Positions 48,890 through 60,833 of a DNA stretch of 64,000 nucleotides are shown one piece after another. Location of the stretch: contig JABVCE010000022.1 in assembly GCA_014905635.1 (NCBI GenBank), forward strand, positions 496,001 through 560,000. Reading direction: 5' to 3'. The notes under the pieces were generated by a model. That model saw nothing but the letters and a program-made list of their open reading frames with translations. It did no database searches and was not told where the DNA came from. Position 1 is the stretch's first letter. Each line of letters opens with the position of its first letter. The stretch comes from Scenedesmus sp. PABB004 (taxonomy: Eukaryota). A program made the translations under genes and the position numbers.

Positions 48890-51877
48890 ATGACGCGGGA
48901 GCGTGCGTGGCGCGACCAGCGACGGCCGCCCGCGCGAGCGCCGCACGCCAGCCCGGGTGCGCGCGCCGCGTGCGCTGCACTGGCGCGCTGGCGCGGCCGG
49001 GGCAATGGAAGGGCGCGGTGCCCGCGATCCCGCAAGCCCGGAGGCGACGCACGCGCGCGCGCCGGGCCGGCGGCACCGGCGCGCCCTCGCCGCGCGCTGC
49101 CCGCCGCCGCGGCGGCCGGGCGTCGGCGCGGCCGCGGCCTGGCGCGGCGCGCCCGCTGCAGCAGCTGCGCCGCCTCACGGCGATGCCGCACGCCGCGCAC
49201 CGCCCGCAGGCGGCGCAGCCGCGCGGCGGCGGGCGGCGCGCTCGCGGCCGCCCTGCTCGCGGCCGCGCTGCGCCCCGCGGCCGCGCAGGACCGCGCCGAC
49301 CCGGTGGCGACGTCGCTCGTCATCATCAACGGGTGCGGCCGCGCCCGCCGCGCGCGCGCCCTCTCTCCGCCGCCCCGCCCCGCCGCCCCGCCGCCCGCTC
49401 ATCATCTCCGACCCGCGCGCCGCCCCGCCCCTCTGCCGACGACCATTGCCCGCGCCGCCACGTGCCTGCCAGGTTCCTGGTGTTCTTCATGCAGGTCGGC
49501 TTCCTCGCGTTTGAGGCGGGCAGCGGGCGCGCGAAGAACGTGCGCAACATCCTCGTCAAAAACCTGCTCGACGTCATGCTCGCCGCGCTCGCCTGGTGGG
49601 TGGTCGGCTACGCGTTCGCGTACGGCGCCAGCGCCGGCGGCGTCATTGGGTGCGCCGCGCCCGCCGGCGCGTGCGCGCCGCCGACGCGCGCGCGCACGTG
49701 CGACCGCCGCCCCTCCCGCGCGCCGCGCGGCGGCGCCGCCGCCGCTTCTGCGTCCCACGCCCTCACGCGCCCGCCCGCCTCGCCGCCGCGCGCGCCGCGC
49801 CGCGCGCAGCACCGACATGTTTTTCTATGAGGGCGGCGTCACGCCCGACCGCGCGGCGGCGCGGCCCTGGTTTTTCAGCTGGACCTTCTGCATCGCCGCG
49901 TGCACCATCATCAGCGGCAGCCTCGCTGAGCGCACGCGGCTGCTCGTGTACCCGGCCTGCACCGCCGTGGTCGCAGCGCTGGTGCACCCGCTGGTCGTGC
50001 ACTGGCTCTGGTCGCCCTCGGGCTGGATGAGCAGCCTCGGCGAGTGCCACGTCCTCGACTTTGCCGGCGGCATGGCCGTGCACATGCTCGGCGGGCTGTT
50101 TGGGTTGGTTGGGGCGTGGCGCTGCGGGCCGCGCCTCGGGCGCTTCGAGCGCGCTTCGAGCGCCGACAACGGCGGCGGCGGCGGCGGCAGCCTCGGCGCG
50201 GGGCCGCGGCGCGGCGGCGGCGGCGGCGCCGACGGCCCCGGCGCCGGCGACCTCGGCGGCAGCAGCGCGGCGGCGGCCGCAGCCGCCGCCGGCAGCGGGT
50301 CGTGGGACGCCGTCGCGGCGGTCGCCGGCGGGCACGCCGGCTGGGGCGGCGACGGCGGCGGCAGCCCGCGCCCGCAGCCACCAACCTGGGGCGCGCCCGG
50401 CGCGGGCCTGCCCGGCGGCTGGCCGGGCAGCGCGCGGCGCGTGGACGGCTCTGCGTGCGACGGCCTGGAGCTGGCGGGCACGGCCAAGGACCGCGGCGGC
50501 GGCGGCGGCACCGCCGCGGCAGCAGACGTGAGCGCTGGCGCGTCGCCCGAGGCGGGGGGCGCCGGCGGCTGGCGTTTTGAGCCGGAGGCGCCGCCCGAGC
50601 GGCAGCAGCAGCGCGGCCTGCGCGGCAAGCTCCGCCTCCCGCACCTGTGCGGCCGCGGCGGCGCGTGCGGCGGCGGGCCCTGCGGCCGCGAGGCCAAGGA
50701 GATGCCGGGGCACGACATGGCCCTGGTCACTCTGGGCACGTTCATGCTCTGGTTCGGGTGCGCGCCGCGCGGCGTTGGGGGGGGGGGGGGGGGGCAGGCG
50801 GCGCCGCGCGCCGCGCCCGCCCGCGCGCCGCACGGCACACGCGCGGCACACGCGCCACCGCGCGCGCGGCCGCCCGCCGACGCGCTCCCCCGCCGTGCCG
50901 TCTCCCCCTCTTCTGTGCTGATGCAGCTGGTTTGGCTTCAACAATGGCTCCGTCTACTCATATGTCGCGGGCGGCCCCGGCGGCGCGGCGAGCGCGGCGA
51001 GCGCGGTGAGCGCGGAGGTCGTGCAGCGCACGAGCATGAACACCGCCCTCGGCGCCGCGTCGGGCGGCCTCGTCGCGCTCCTGGTCGCGGCGCTGTGCTC
51101 GGGTGAGCGCCCGCCCGCCCGCGCTGGCCGCGTCCGGGCAGCGGCGGGGAGCGCGCGGGGCCCGGCGGCCGCGCGCGCCCCGAGCCGAGTCCTTGACCGC
51201 CGGCCGCCCCGGCGGTCGCCGCAGGCACGTACGACCTGCGCGTCTGCTGCAACGGCGTGCTGTCGGGCCTCGTGACCGTGACGTGCATGTGCGGCTTCGT
51301 CGACCCCTGGGCGGCGGTCGTGTGCAGCGGCATCGCGGGCGCGCTCTACACCGCGAGCTCGGCCGCGCTGCTCGCGGCGGGCGTGGACGACCCGCTCGAC
51401 GCCTCGGCGGTGCACTTTGGCAACGGCCTGCTCGGCAGCGTGCTGCTCGCATTTGTGGCCAAGCCGGAGCACGTGTCCGCCCTCACGGGCAGCCCCTGCG
51501 GCGGCGTGCTCTACTCACGCACCGGCTGGCTGCAGCTCGGCCTGCAGCTCATGGGTGCGCGCCCGCCGCGCGCGCCGGGGCAGGGAAGGGCAGCAGCGGG
51601 GCGGCAGCGCGGCGGAGCGACCCTGCGGCGCCGCCGCGTCGCGCCGACGCGCCGGCGCCGGTCCGCAGGCGTGGGCGTCGTGGTCGTGTTTGCCGGCGGC
51701 GCCGCGCTCGCGCTGTTTGCGGCGCTCGACCGCTACGGCCTGCTGCGCGTCGACACGCTCACCGAGCTGGCGGGCATCGACAACGTGGACCACGGCGGCC
51801 CCGCCTACGACGCCGGCGACGGCGGCACCGGCGCGGGCGCCAGCCCCGACGCGGCGGGGCGCCGCGGCCTGCGCTGA
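48890..51877 (+). CDS. AMT1: Ammonium transporter, AMT1 family; start uncertain
   Basis: LVFFMQVGF..EAGSGRAKNVRNILVKNLLD, TIISGSLAER, DFAGGMAVH, GPRLGRF, GTFMLWFGWFGFN, DDPLDASAVH, LLRVD..GID..HGGPAY. Confidence 0.92.
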
Positions 51878-52922
51878 CGGGCGCGCGCGCCGCGGCGGCG
51901 GCCGCGCGGCGGCGGCGGGGGGCTGCCGCGGGGCTGCTGGCGCTGGGCACTGCGCACCGCCGCGCGCGCGCGGAGCTTGGCATTCTCGCATTGATTCGGG
52001 CGGCGGGCGCGCTGCGCCCCACGCGCGCGCCCGCCGCCCGCGCACACGCAGCGCGCGAGTGCCTAGGCGACGCTCACTGAGGCTGGCAGCCGGCGGGCGG
52101 CCGAAGGAGGGGGGCGTTCCGGCTCCGCTGCCGCAGCGCGCGGCGGCGCGCGACTTGAGCCCCGCTGGAAGGGGCCCTAGGATTGTGTTGGCAACGGCTC
52201 GCGCGCGCGCCCCTGCTGCGGGCGCGCCCGGGCCGCCGCCGCACCCATGGACACGGCCACACATTGCGGCGCGCGGCGGCGGGCGGTCTCGCCCGCCCGC
52301 CGCCGCCGCCGCCGCCGCACGCAGTCGGTGCGGACTCTCTTTGGCAGCGGCTGTGGTGCCGCCCGCGGCAGACAACCAATTCTGCGGCCTATCAAGTTGT
52401 AGGCAGGAGCGCAAGCCTGGACAAGGGGGCATTGCTACACCCACACTCGGACGCAGCTGCCGCGCCCCTGGATGGCCCTGGGCCGAGCTAGCAGAAGCAC
52501 GCACTGCGTTGGTCGGTCTCACCAGCACTTGCGTCCGGCGAGGACGGACGCCCGCCGCGGCGCGGCGCGCAGGAGCGCCGCTGGCCGCGCGACGCCTGCC
52601 ACCATGGTCCGGTCTCGAGCTTGTTTGCGGGCGCGGCGCCGCCGCTGCACCTAGTCTCCAGCTTTGCGACTGCACGGCGCGACGCAGTCAGGCGCCCCGC
52701 ATCAGAGGGCCCGCACTGCCGCACCCCGGGCTCGGCCCGCACACACCGCGTCTGCTCTTTCTACTACTAGCAGTACCAGTCTTGGCAGAAAAGCATTGCC
52801 CCTCTGGTGCCGATCAATCTCGTACGCGTGGGGAGCGGGCGGGCGGGCCGGCGCTCGCCAGCAATTGCTCGCGAGGTAACCCGCCCCTGGGAGCTTGCCT
52901 TGCGGCAGCTCATGAGCTCTGA

Positions 52923-54743
52923 TCAGAGCTCGCGGCAGTCGAGCGTCGCGAGCAGGCGCGCGAGCAGCTCGGCGGCGTCGCGCCCCGCGTTGCGCGTGCC
53001 GCCCACGACCGGGTCGCCGCGCAGGTCGCCCGCGAGCGCCGCGGCGACCGCGCAGTCGTCAAACATGCCGCCGCCGCCGCCGCCCGGCGCGGCGCCGTTC
53101 TCCAGCGCGTCCAGCCAGGCGCGCGGCAGCCACGCCGTGCCGTGGAGCGCGCCGACGAGCGCGCCTGTGGCGGGGCGGGGCGGGGCGGGGCGGGGCGGGG
53201 CGGGGCGGGGCGGGGCGGGGCGGGGCGGGGCGGGGCGGGGCGGGGCGGGGCGGGGCGGGGCGGGGCGGGCGGGGCGGGGCGGGGCGGGGCGGGGCGGGGC
53301 GGGGCGGGGCGGGCGGGGCGGGGCGGGGCGGGGCGGGGCGGGGGGGGCGGGGCGGGCGGGGCGGGGCGGGGCGGGGCGGGGCGGGGCGGGGCGGGGGCGG
53401 GGCGGGGCGGGGCGGGGCGGGGCGGGGCGGGGCGGGGCGGGGCGGGGCGGGCGGGGCGGGGCGGGGCGGGGCGGGGCGGGGCGGGGCGGGGCGGGCGGGG
53501 CGGGGCGGGGCGGGCGGGGCGGGGCGGGGCGGGGCGGGGCGGGGCGGGGGCGGGGCGGGGCGGGGCGGGGCGGGGCGGGGCGGGGCGGGCGGCAGCGGCG
53601 CAGCAAGCAGGGCCTCGGCCGGGGCGGGCGCGGCGCACGGCCCCGGGCGGTGCGCCCCGCGGCCCTCGCCGCGCACCGGCCATGCTCGCGTGGCACACCA
53701 CCGCCCACAGCGCCGCGGCCACCGCGTCGGTGGCGCGGATCTGGAAGCCCGGCGCCACCGCCTCGGCGACGCGCCGCTCGGCCGCCCACGCGGGCGAGCC
53801 GAGCCAGTCGGCCCAGGGCTGCGCGGCGGGCTTGAGCGCCGGCGCCTGCCCATGGGCGGCGGCGGCGGGCGCGCGCGTCGGCCGCCGCTCGCGGCCCGCG
53901 CGCCGCAGGCAAGGAGGGGAGGCAGGCGCGGCGCGGCCACCTGCTGCAGCGCGCGCTCCAGCACCAGCAGCTTGGCGGCCATCTCCCCGGGGAGATGGCG
54001 AGCGGGCCCGCTCTCGCCCGCGAGCCGCGCGCGCAGCGCGCGCAGCAGGCGCAGCTGCGGCTCGCGCGCCGCGCCGCCGTCGCAGCCGGGCGGCGGCGCC
54101 GCCGTGCGCGAGAGCTCGGCCACCGCGAGCGCCTGCGCCGCCGCGCCCTCGACTGCGGCGGGGTGCACGTGCGTGCAGAGCAGCGCGGCGCGCACAGCGC
54201 CTGCGGCGCGCGCGCGCGCGCGAGCGGTCAGCCCCGGGCCCTGCACGCCCCGCGGCCCCCGCGCCCCCGCCCGCCCGCACCGATCAGGACGTCCGTGCGC
54301 GCGTGGCGGAACGCGAGGCCGACGGGCGCGACGCGCATCGCGCCGCCGTTGCCGAACGAGCCGCCGTCGTGCAGCGCCGTGCCGGTGGTGGCGGGGTCGG
54401 CGCCGGCCGCGAGGCGGCGCAGCAGCTCGGCCGCGCTGGCGCCGTACCCGCGCTGCGGGTCAAACGCGCGCACGTACTGCGCCGCCGCGTCGGCCGCGCA
54501 CGCGCGGCGCCGGTTGACGAGGCTGGCCGCGAGCGCCAGCGACATCTGCGTGTCGTCCGTGTAGCGTGCGGGCTCGCGCAGCCCAATCAGGCCTCTCTGC
54601 GCCGCCGCGACGGCGTCGGCGGGAGAGCCCTCGAACGGCGCGCCGAGAGCGTCGCCGACCATAGCGCCCAGCAGCGCGCCGGCGCAGCGCTCGGCGTGGC
54701 TGGGCGGCGGCGCCGACGGCGCGCCGCGATCGACCGCTGCCAT
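52923..54743 (-). CDS. ADP-ribosylglycohydrolase (ARH3/DraG family), apparently lacking the C-terminal DTD motif; alternative start at 54899
   Basis: [70 protein letters not shown]. Confidence 0.85.
53169..53590. repeat. Intronic (GGGGC)n array, about 420 bp
   Basis: Read directly; fills most of the last intron (53165-53676) of the ADP-ribosylhydrolase gene. Confidence 0.95.
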
Positions 54744-55093
54744 CGGCGGCGCAGCGGCGGCGGTGGGCGGCGCGTGGCGGCGGCAGCCGCGCCGCCGGAC
54801 TGCGGCCGCGCGCTCCGTGGCAGCAGCCGCGGCCGCGCGCCCCGGGGCAGCGCGGACGGACGCGCGGGGCGCGGCGGCGGCGGCGGCGGCGGGCTGCATG
54901 CGCCGGGTGCGCCCACTGGCTTGTGGCGCGTCGCCCCGGGCCGCGCGCGCGAGGCAGCAGGGCCTGCCCGCGGTTCTTTGACGCGCGCCGTCGCGATGGT
55001 GCTGCTCCCGCCCCAACAGCGTCGCCCCGCCCCGCGGCCGCCCTCTCTCGGTCCGGTTTGCTCCGCAGAAGACGTTCCACGCAGACACGCGCC

Positions 55094-56950
55094 ATGGCTG
55101 AGACGCTCACCTTCCGCGGCAGCCTGAAGGGCCACCAGGGCTGGGTGACGAGCATCGCCACCCCCCTGGACCCGGCCAGCGACATCATCCTGTCCGCCAG
55201 CCGGTGCGGCGCCGCGGCGGCGCGAAGCGCGCGGGCGGGGCACCTCATCAGCCGCAATCGCGCCGGCGGCCGCTTCGGGCGCGGCGCGCCGCGGCAGCCG
55301 CCGGGCGCCGCCGGGGCGTCACCTGCGCGCCGTCTCGCCAGCGTGGCGCCGCCTGCATGGCGCCGGCGCCGCGGCGCGGCGCGGCGCGGAGCCGCCGCTG
55401 CTGCCCACGCCGCCGCCGCCGCCCCGGCCGCCGCGCAGCGACAAGTCGGTGATCGTCTGGCACCTGGAGCGCAGCGAGACGCAGTATGGCTACCCCAAGC
55501 GCTCGCTGACGGGCCACAGCCACTTTGTGCAGGACGTCGTCATCAGCAGCGACGGCCAGTTTGCGCTCTCGGGCTCGTGGGACGGCACGCTGCGCCTGTG
55601 GGACCTCAACACCGGCAACACCACGCGCCGCTTCGTGGGCCACACCAAGGACGTGCTCAGCGTGGCCTTCTCCGTGGACAACCGCCAGGTGCGGGCGGCG
55701 CGCACGGCGGCGTGCGTTGGCACTGGCTGCCGCAGCGGCGGCGGCGGCGTGGACGGCAGCGTGGACGGCGGCTGCAGAGGCGGCGGCTGCAGCAGCGGCA
55801 GCACCAGCACCAGCACCATCACCAGCACCAGCAGCGGCAGCACGAGCACCAGCAGCGGCAGCAGCTAGCAGCGGCGCGCGCCCCGCCGACCGGCGCGCCG
55901 CGCGCCGCAGATCGTGTCGGGCAGCCGCGACAAGACGATCAAGCTGTGGAACACGCTCGGCGAGTGCAAGTACACGATCGGCGAGCCGGAGGGCCACAGC
56001 GAGTGGGTGAGCTGCGTGCGGTTCAGCCCGATGACCAACAACCCCATCATCGTCTCGGCGGGCTGGGACAAGCTGGTCAAGGTGTTCAACCTCACCAACT
56101 GCAAGCTCAAGAACACCCTCGCCGGCCACAAGGGCTACATCAACACCGTCACCGTCTCGCCCGACGGCTCGCTCTGCGCGTCCGGCGGCAAGGTGCGCGG
56201 CCCGGCGCGGCGCGGCGCGGGTTGCGCGCGCCACGCGCGCGGCACCATTTGTCAAGCATGTCCCGGCCCTGCGCGGTGGCCTCGGCATGCCGCTTGGTGC
56301 CGACAGCAACGCGGTCGAAGACCACCGCCGGCGGGAGCCCCTGATCGCCAGCGGTGATAATCGCACTCGCGACAGCAGCACGGGCAGCGACGCACACGCT
56401 CCCCCGCCCCCGCCCCCCCTGCGCCCCGCCCCTCGCCCTGCTCGCGCCGCGCTCACGCCCGCCCCGCGCGCGCCGCGCCCACACAGGACGGCGTCGCGAT
56501 GCTGTGGGACCTCGCCGAGGGCCGCCGCCTGTACAACCTCGACGCGGGCGACATCATCCACGCGCTCGTCTTCTCGCCCAACAGGCACGCCGCCGCCCAC
56601 ACCACCGCGCCCACCGCGCCGCCGCACCGCCGCGCCCGGCGCCGCGCGCGCCCGCGCCGCCGCGCCCCCGCCGCCCGCCTCTGGCCCGCGCCGACCGCCG
56701 CGCCGCGGCCCGCACCTCTGCGCCGCGCAGGTACTGGCTGTGCGCGGCGACGCAGGCGTCGATCAAGATCTGGGACCTCGAGTCCAAGAGCGTCGTCGAC
56801 GACCTCCGCCCCGAGTTCAGCAAGACGTACGGCAAGAAGGCGATCGTGCCCTACTGCGTCTCCATCGCCTGGTCCGCCGACGGCGGCACGCTCTTCGCGG
56901 GCTACACCGACGGCATCATCCGCGTGTTCACCGTCAGCCACGGCCTCTGA
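55094..56950 (+). CDS. RACK1: RACK1 (G-beta-like WD40 protein, CBLP); 5 exons
   Basis: [95 protein letters not shown]. Confidence 0.98.
56240..56377 (+). ncRNA. Intronic box H/ACA snoRNA (predicted) in RACK1 intron 3
   Basis: Hairpin 1 closed by CGGCACCA/TGGTGCCG; H box ACAGCA at 56303-56308; hairpin 2 with CGCG/CGCG base and CACCGC/GCGGTG upper stem; ACA at 56372-56374, 15 nt after the upper stem; 138 nt in total. Confidence 0.8.
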
Positions 56951-57065
56951 GCGGCGGCGCGGACCGGACCGGGCGCGGGCTGACCGGACCGGGCGTGGTC
57001 GGCGCGGCGACGCGCGCGCCCGCCCCCCCTGCGGCGCCGGCGCCGGCGACGCCGCCGGCGGCGCG

Positions 57066-57070
57066 TGTAA
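57066..57070 (+). promoter_or_regulatory. Polyadenylation signal TGTAA (RACK1 3' UTR)
   Basis: TGTAA 116 nt after the stop codon. Confidence 0.65.
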
Positions 57071-57346
57071 TCGCCCCGCGGCCGTGCCATGCGTGCGCGT
57101 TGGGGCGCGGCGCGCGCGCGTCAGCGCGGCAGCGTGCACCGCCCGTGCTCTGAACCGCCGGCGGTCCACGCTGCTCAAGCTGGCCCTGCGCCACGTTATC
57201 AGCCACGGCAGCTCGCGCCAGCGCAGCGGGGCTCGCCAGCAGCTCGCGGCCCTCTGCAGTTCGCCGGCACCAAGCGCAGCCCCGCGCGGCGAGCGGCGGC
57301 CGCGCTGCTCGCGCGGCCGCGGCTGCGCGGGCCACAACCACCGTAG

Positions 57347-60123
57347 ATGCTGCCGCGCCTGGCGCTGGCCCTGGCGGCCGGCCGGCACGGCGGCGGCGCC
57401 GGCAGCGGCGCGCTCGCGGCGCTGGGCCGCTCCTTCGCCCTGGGCGGCGTGCAGCTGCCCTGGGCGGAGCTCAGCACAAGCGCAGATGAACCCGGGCCTG
57501 CGCAGCGGCGCGCCGCCGCCTCGCTGAGCGGCGGCGCGCAGCGGCAGCGGCAGCAGCGGCGGCGGTCCGGCGGCGACGGCGGGGGCGCCGGCGGCGGCGC
57601 AGAGGGCTCCACCAGGGGACAGCTGATCTGGAAGGGCGCAGCGTGGGCTGCGGCAGCAGCGCGCGGCGGTGGCGGCGACGACGGCGCGGCGGCGGCGGCG
57701 GCGGCCGCCTGGCGCGCGCAGCGCCGCGGCAGCGCGGCCGCGCCCCGTGGCGCCGGGCGCGCGCGTGGCGCCCCCGACGACGCCGACGACGGCCCCGCGC
57801 TGCCGGCGACCGTGGGTGGCGGCGGCGTGGCGGTGGCGGGGCGCGTGGCGATCGGCGAGGGGCAGCTCGCGGCGGCGCTCCGGGCCGCGCGGACCGTCGC
57901 CGACGTGGAGGCGCTGCTGCTGGCGCACCACGCCGACTTTCGGGTCGGCCACGTCGCGGCGGCGGTGGCGGCGCTGCCGGCGCTGGCGCCCGCGCCCGGC
58001 GTCAACCCCCGCCGCCGCCTGGGCCGGCTGACGCGCCTGCTCGCGTCGGGCCTGCTTGCCGTGGCGCACCAGCTCGACGCGCACCAGGCCGCGGCGTGCC
58101 TGGCCGCGCTGGCCAGCCCCGCGTGCGCCACGCCGCAGCTGCAGGCGGCACCGGTCGGCGCGCTGCTGGCGCGCCTGCTCGCAGACGGCGGCGCCGCGCT
58201 GCGCGAGCTGCACAGCAGGGAGCTGGCTGACGTCGCGGCGGCGGCGGCGGCGGTGCAGCTCGCAGCGCAGAGGCAGCCGCAGCCGCAGCGGCCGGCGGCG
58301 GCGGCCGGCGACGAGCGCGGCGGGCGACCGGCGCCGGCGCCGCTGCAGCTGCCGGCGAGCGGCGCGGCGGGCGCCGCCGCCGCGCTGCCGGCGCTGCCGG
58401 GCGGCGGCGGCGCGGGCGCCGGTGGCGGCGCGCTGGCGCTGCTGAGCCCGCTGCAGCGGCTGTGGCCGGCGCTCGAGGCGGTGTCCGCGCCGCAGCTGCA
58501 GTCGTTCAGCGCCGCGTCGCTGGCGGCGCTCGCGCTCGGCTTTGCGCGCGCCGGCGCGGCGAGCGAGCGGCTGCTGCTCGGCGTCGGCAACGCGGCGCTC
58601 GCGCGCGCGCACAAGTTTGACGTGCCCGGCCCCGTCGCGGCGCTGCTGCAGGCGCTGGCGCTTGCGCGCTCGCGCCAGCCCGCGCTGCTGGGCGCGCTGG
58701 CGGGCGCGCTCGCACGCTGCAATGCGGACGCGACGCCCGGCCAGCTGCTCGCAGCGGCCGAGGCGCTCGCGTCGCTGCGGTCGTACGACCCCACCGCCTG
58801 CACGGCCATCGCCAAGGCGGCGACGCGCGGGCTGAGGCGCTGGCGCGCCCCGCAGCTCGCGCGCCTGCTGGCCGCGTGCGCGGCGCTGCGCTTCAGCGAC
58901 GAGCCGCTGCTGCGCGGCGCGGCGCGCGCGCTCGCGGCGGCGCCGGGCGAGCTCAGCGGGCCGCAGCTCGCCAACGCGCTGGCTGCGCTGGTGCAGCTCG
59001 GCTGCGACGCGCCCGACCTGGGCCCCCTGCGCGCGCGGCGCTCGGGTGCGGCGCGGCGCGCGCCCGCGCGCCTGCGCACATGCGCGCCCGTGTCCCTGCC
59101 CCGCGCGCGTGCTGCGCGCGCCGCGGCGGCACAGCTCCGCCCGCGGCCCTCACGCGGCACGCCGCCGCGCCGCCGCCGCCGCCGGCCGGCAGGCAGGTCC
59201 CGCACCTCGCTCACGAGCTGACGCCGGGCGCCGCCGTGAAGCTGCTGTGGGCGGCCGCGGTGCTGGGCGAGGGGGACGACGGCACGCGCGCGACGCTGCT
59301 CGCGCGCCTGCACGGCGTGGCGCCGCGCGAGCTGGGGCGGGCGGAGCTGCTGCTGCTGCACCAGGCGCACCGCCTCGGCAGCGACGCGTGGCTGGGCGAG
59401 CCGCCGGGCCTCGCCCGCGGCGGCGGCGGCGCGCCGGCGCGGCCTGACTGCGGCGACGCCTGGGACGACGGCGGCGAGGGCGAGGAGGAGGAGGGGGAGG
59501 CAGAGGAGGGCGCGGACGGCGGCAGTGGCAGCGAGTGGGAGGACGGCGAGGACGAGCGCGTGGTCGTCGTGGTGGGCGGCAGCGAGGGAGATGAAGACGA
59601 GCTGCACGCCGCCCACGACGCGGCAGCGCCGGCGCGCGGCCATGCAGTCGCCGACCCCGGCGCCCCCGGCGGCCGGGGCGCGTGGCCGCCCGCGCTGCTC
59701 GCCGCGGCGCGGCGCGCCGCCGCCGCGGCCGCGGCGGCCGGTGTCGCGCGCGCCGCGGGCCGCGCGCGGCACGTGGCTGACCTGCTCGAGTCGCTCGGCG
59801 TGGAGCGCCCGCTCGACGGCGTGTCGCTCGACGGCGGCGCGCTGCGCCCGCACCTCGCGTTTGTGCTCGGCGGCGGCGGCGGCCGGCGCGGCGGCCCGCC
59901 GCCGCTGCGCGTCGCGCTGCTGCTCGACGGCGCGGCGCGCTACACCGCGAGCGCGCCGCACCGCCTGCTCGGCACCGCGGCGGTCGAGGCGCGGCTGCTC
60001 GCGGCCGCGGGCTGGCGCGTCGCGCGGCTGGCGCCGCACGAGGCCGCCGCGCTGCGCGCCGGCGGCGGCGACGCGGCGGCGTGGGTGTTCAACGCGCTCG
60101 CGGCGCAGGGCCTGCCGCTGTGA
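57347..60123 (+). CDS. RAP-domain helical-repeat (OPR/FASTK-like) organellar RNA-binding protein; 2 exons
   Basis: Repeats such as [16 protein letters not shown] and [17 protein letters not shown]-terminal RAP domain [38 protein letters not shown]; intron at ~59046-59196. Confidence 0.78.
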
Positions 60124-60833
60124 GCTCACCGCGCCCGCCTGGCCGGGCGCTGGTTGGCAGCCCGCCGCGGGCGGCGGCGAGCTGGCGCGCCGGTCGCGGC
60201 GCGCCAGGAGGTGACTGGCGGCTCGGGAGAGCTTGTGCGGGAGCCTCACCGCTTCCCGCGCCGGCCGTCACTGCCGTCACACCCGCCGGCGCCGCCGCTG
60301 CCGCGCAGCGCCACACGGGCCGTGGCCTCGCCAGCGCGGCACACACCCTCCCCTCCCTCCGCTCCCCACCCGCCCACGCCTCCTCTCCGCGCGCCCACCG
60401 GGGGCCGCGCGCCGCCCGGCGCCGAGCTCGCCGCGCCACAGCCTCCTCTCCACACCACACACACACACACCAGCTCTTCCGCGACCCGCGCGCCCGCGCC
60501 CTGCTGCCGCCCGGCTGCGCGCGCGCCGCGACCGGTGCGGCTCCCCGGTCCGCTGCCGATCGCGCCGTGGCCGCAGCGCGGTCCGAGGCGCGTCAACAGA
60601 GGGGGCGCCACTGAACGCGGAGCCGCGCGGCCGGCGCGGAGGCGCGTTGGGGCTCTGCAGCATCTCGGCTCGGCTGGCCGCTCCGGCGCTCCAGCGCTGG
60701 CGCGCACACGCACTCCCGCGCGCCTCGACGGCTCGGCGTGAGCGCGACACTGCAGTCGCGCACGCTCACGAGCGGCGTCGACAGCGGCCACGGCGGCGGC
60801 GACAGCAGCGGCAGCGGCAGCACGCTGCTCACG

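Noticed and set aside
52080..52920. Lower-GC stretch as a possible ncRNA or mobile element
   Set aside because: No box motifs, terminal repeats or transposase signal; most simply the convergent 3' UTRs of AMT1 and the hydrolase gene.
52910..54280. Pro/Arg-rich or RGG-repeat 'proteins' in the ORF track
   Set aside because: They are translations of the intronic (GGGGC)n array.
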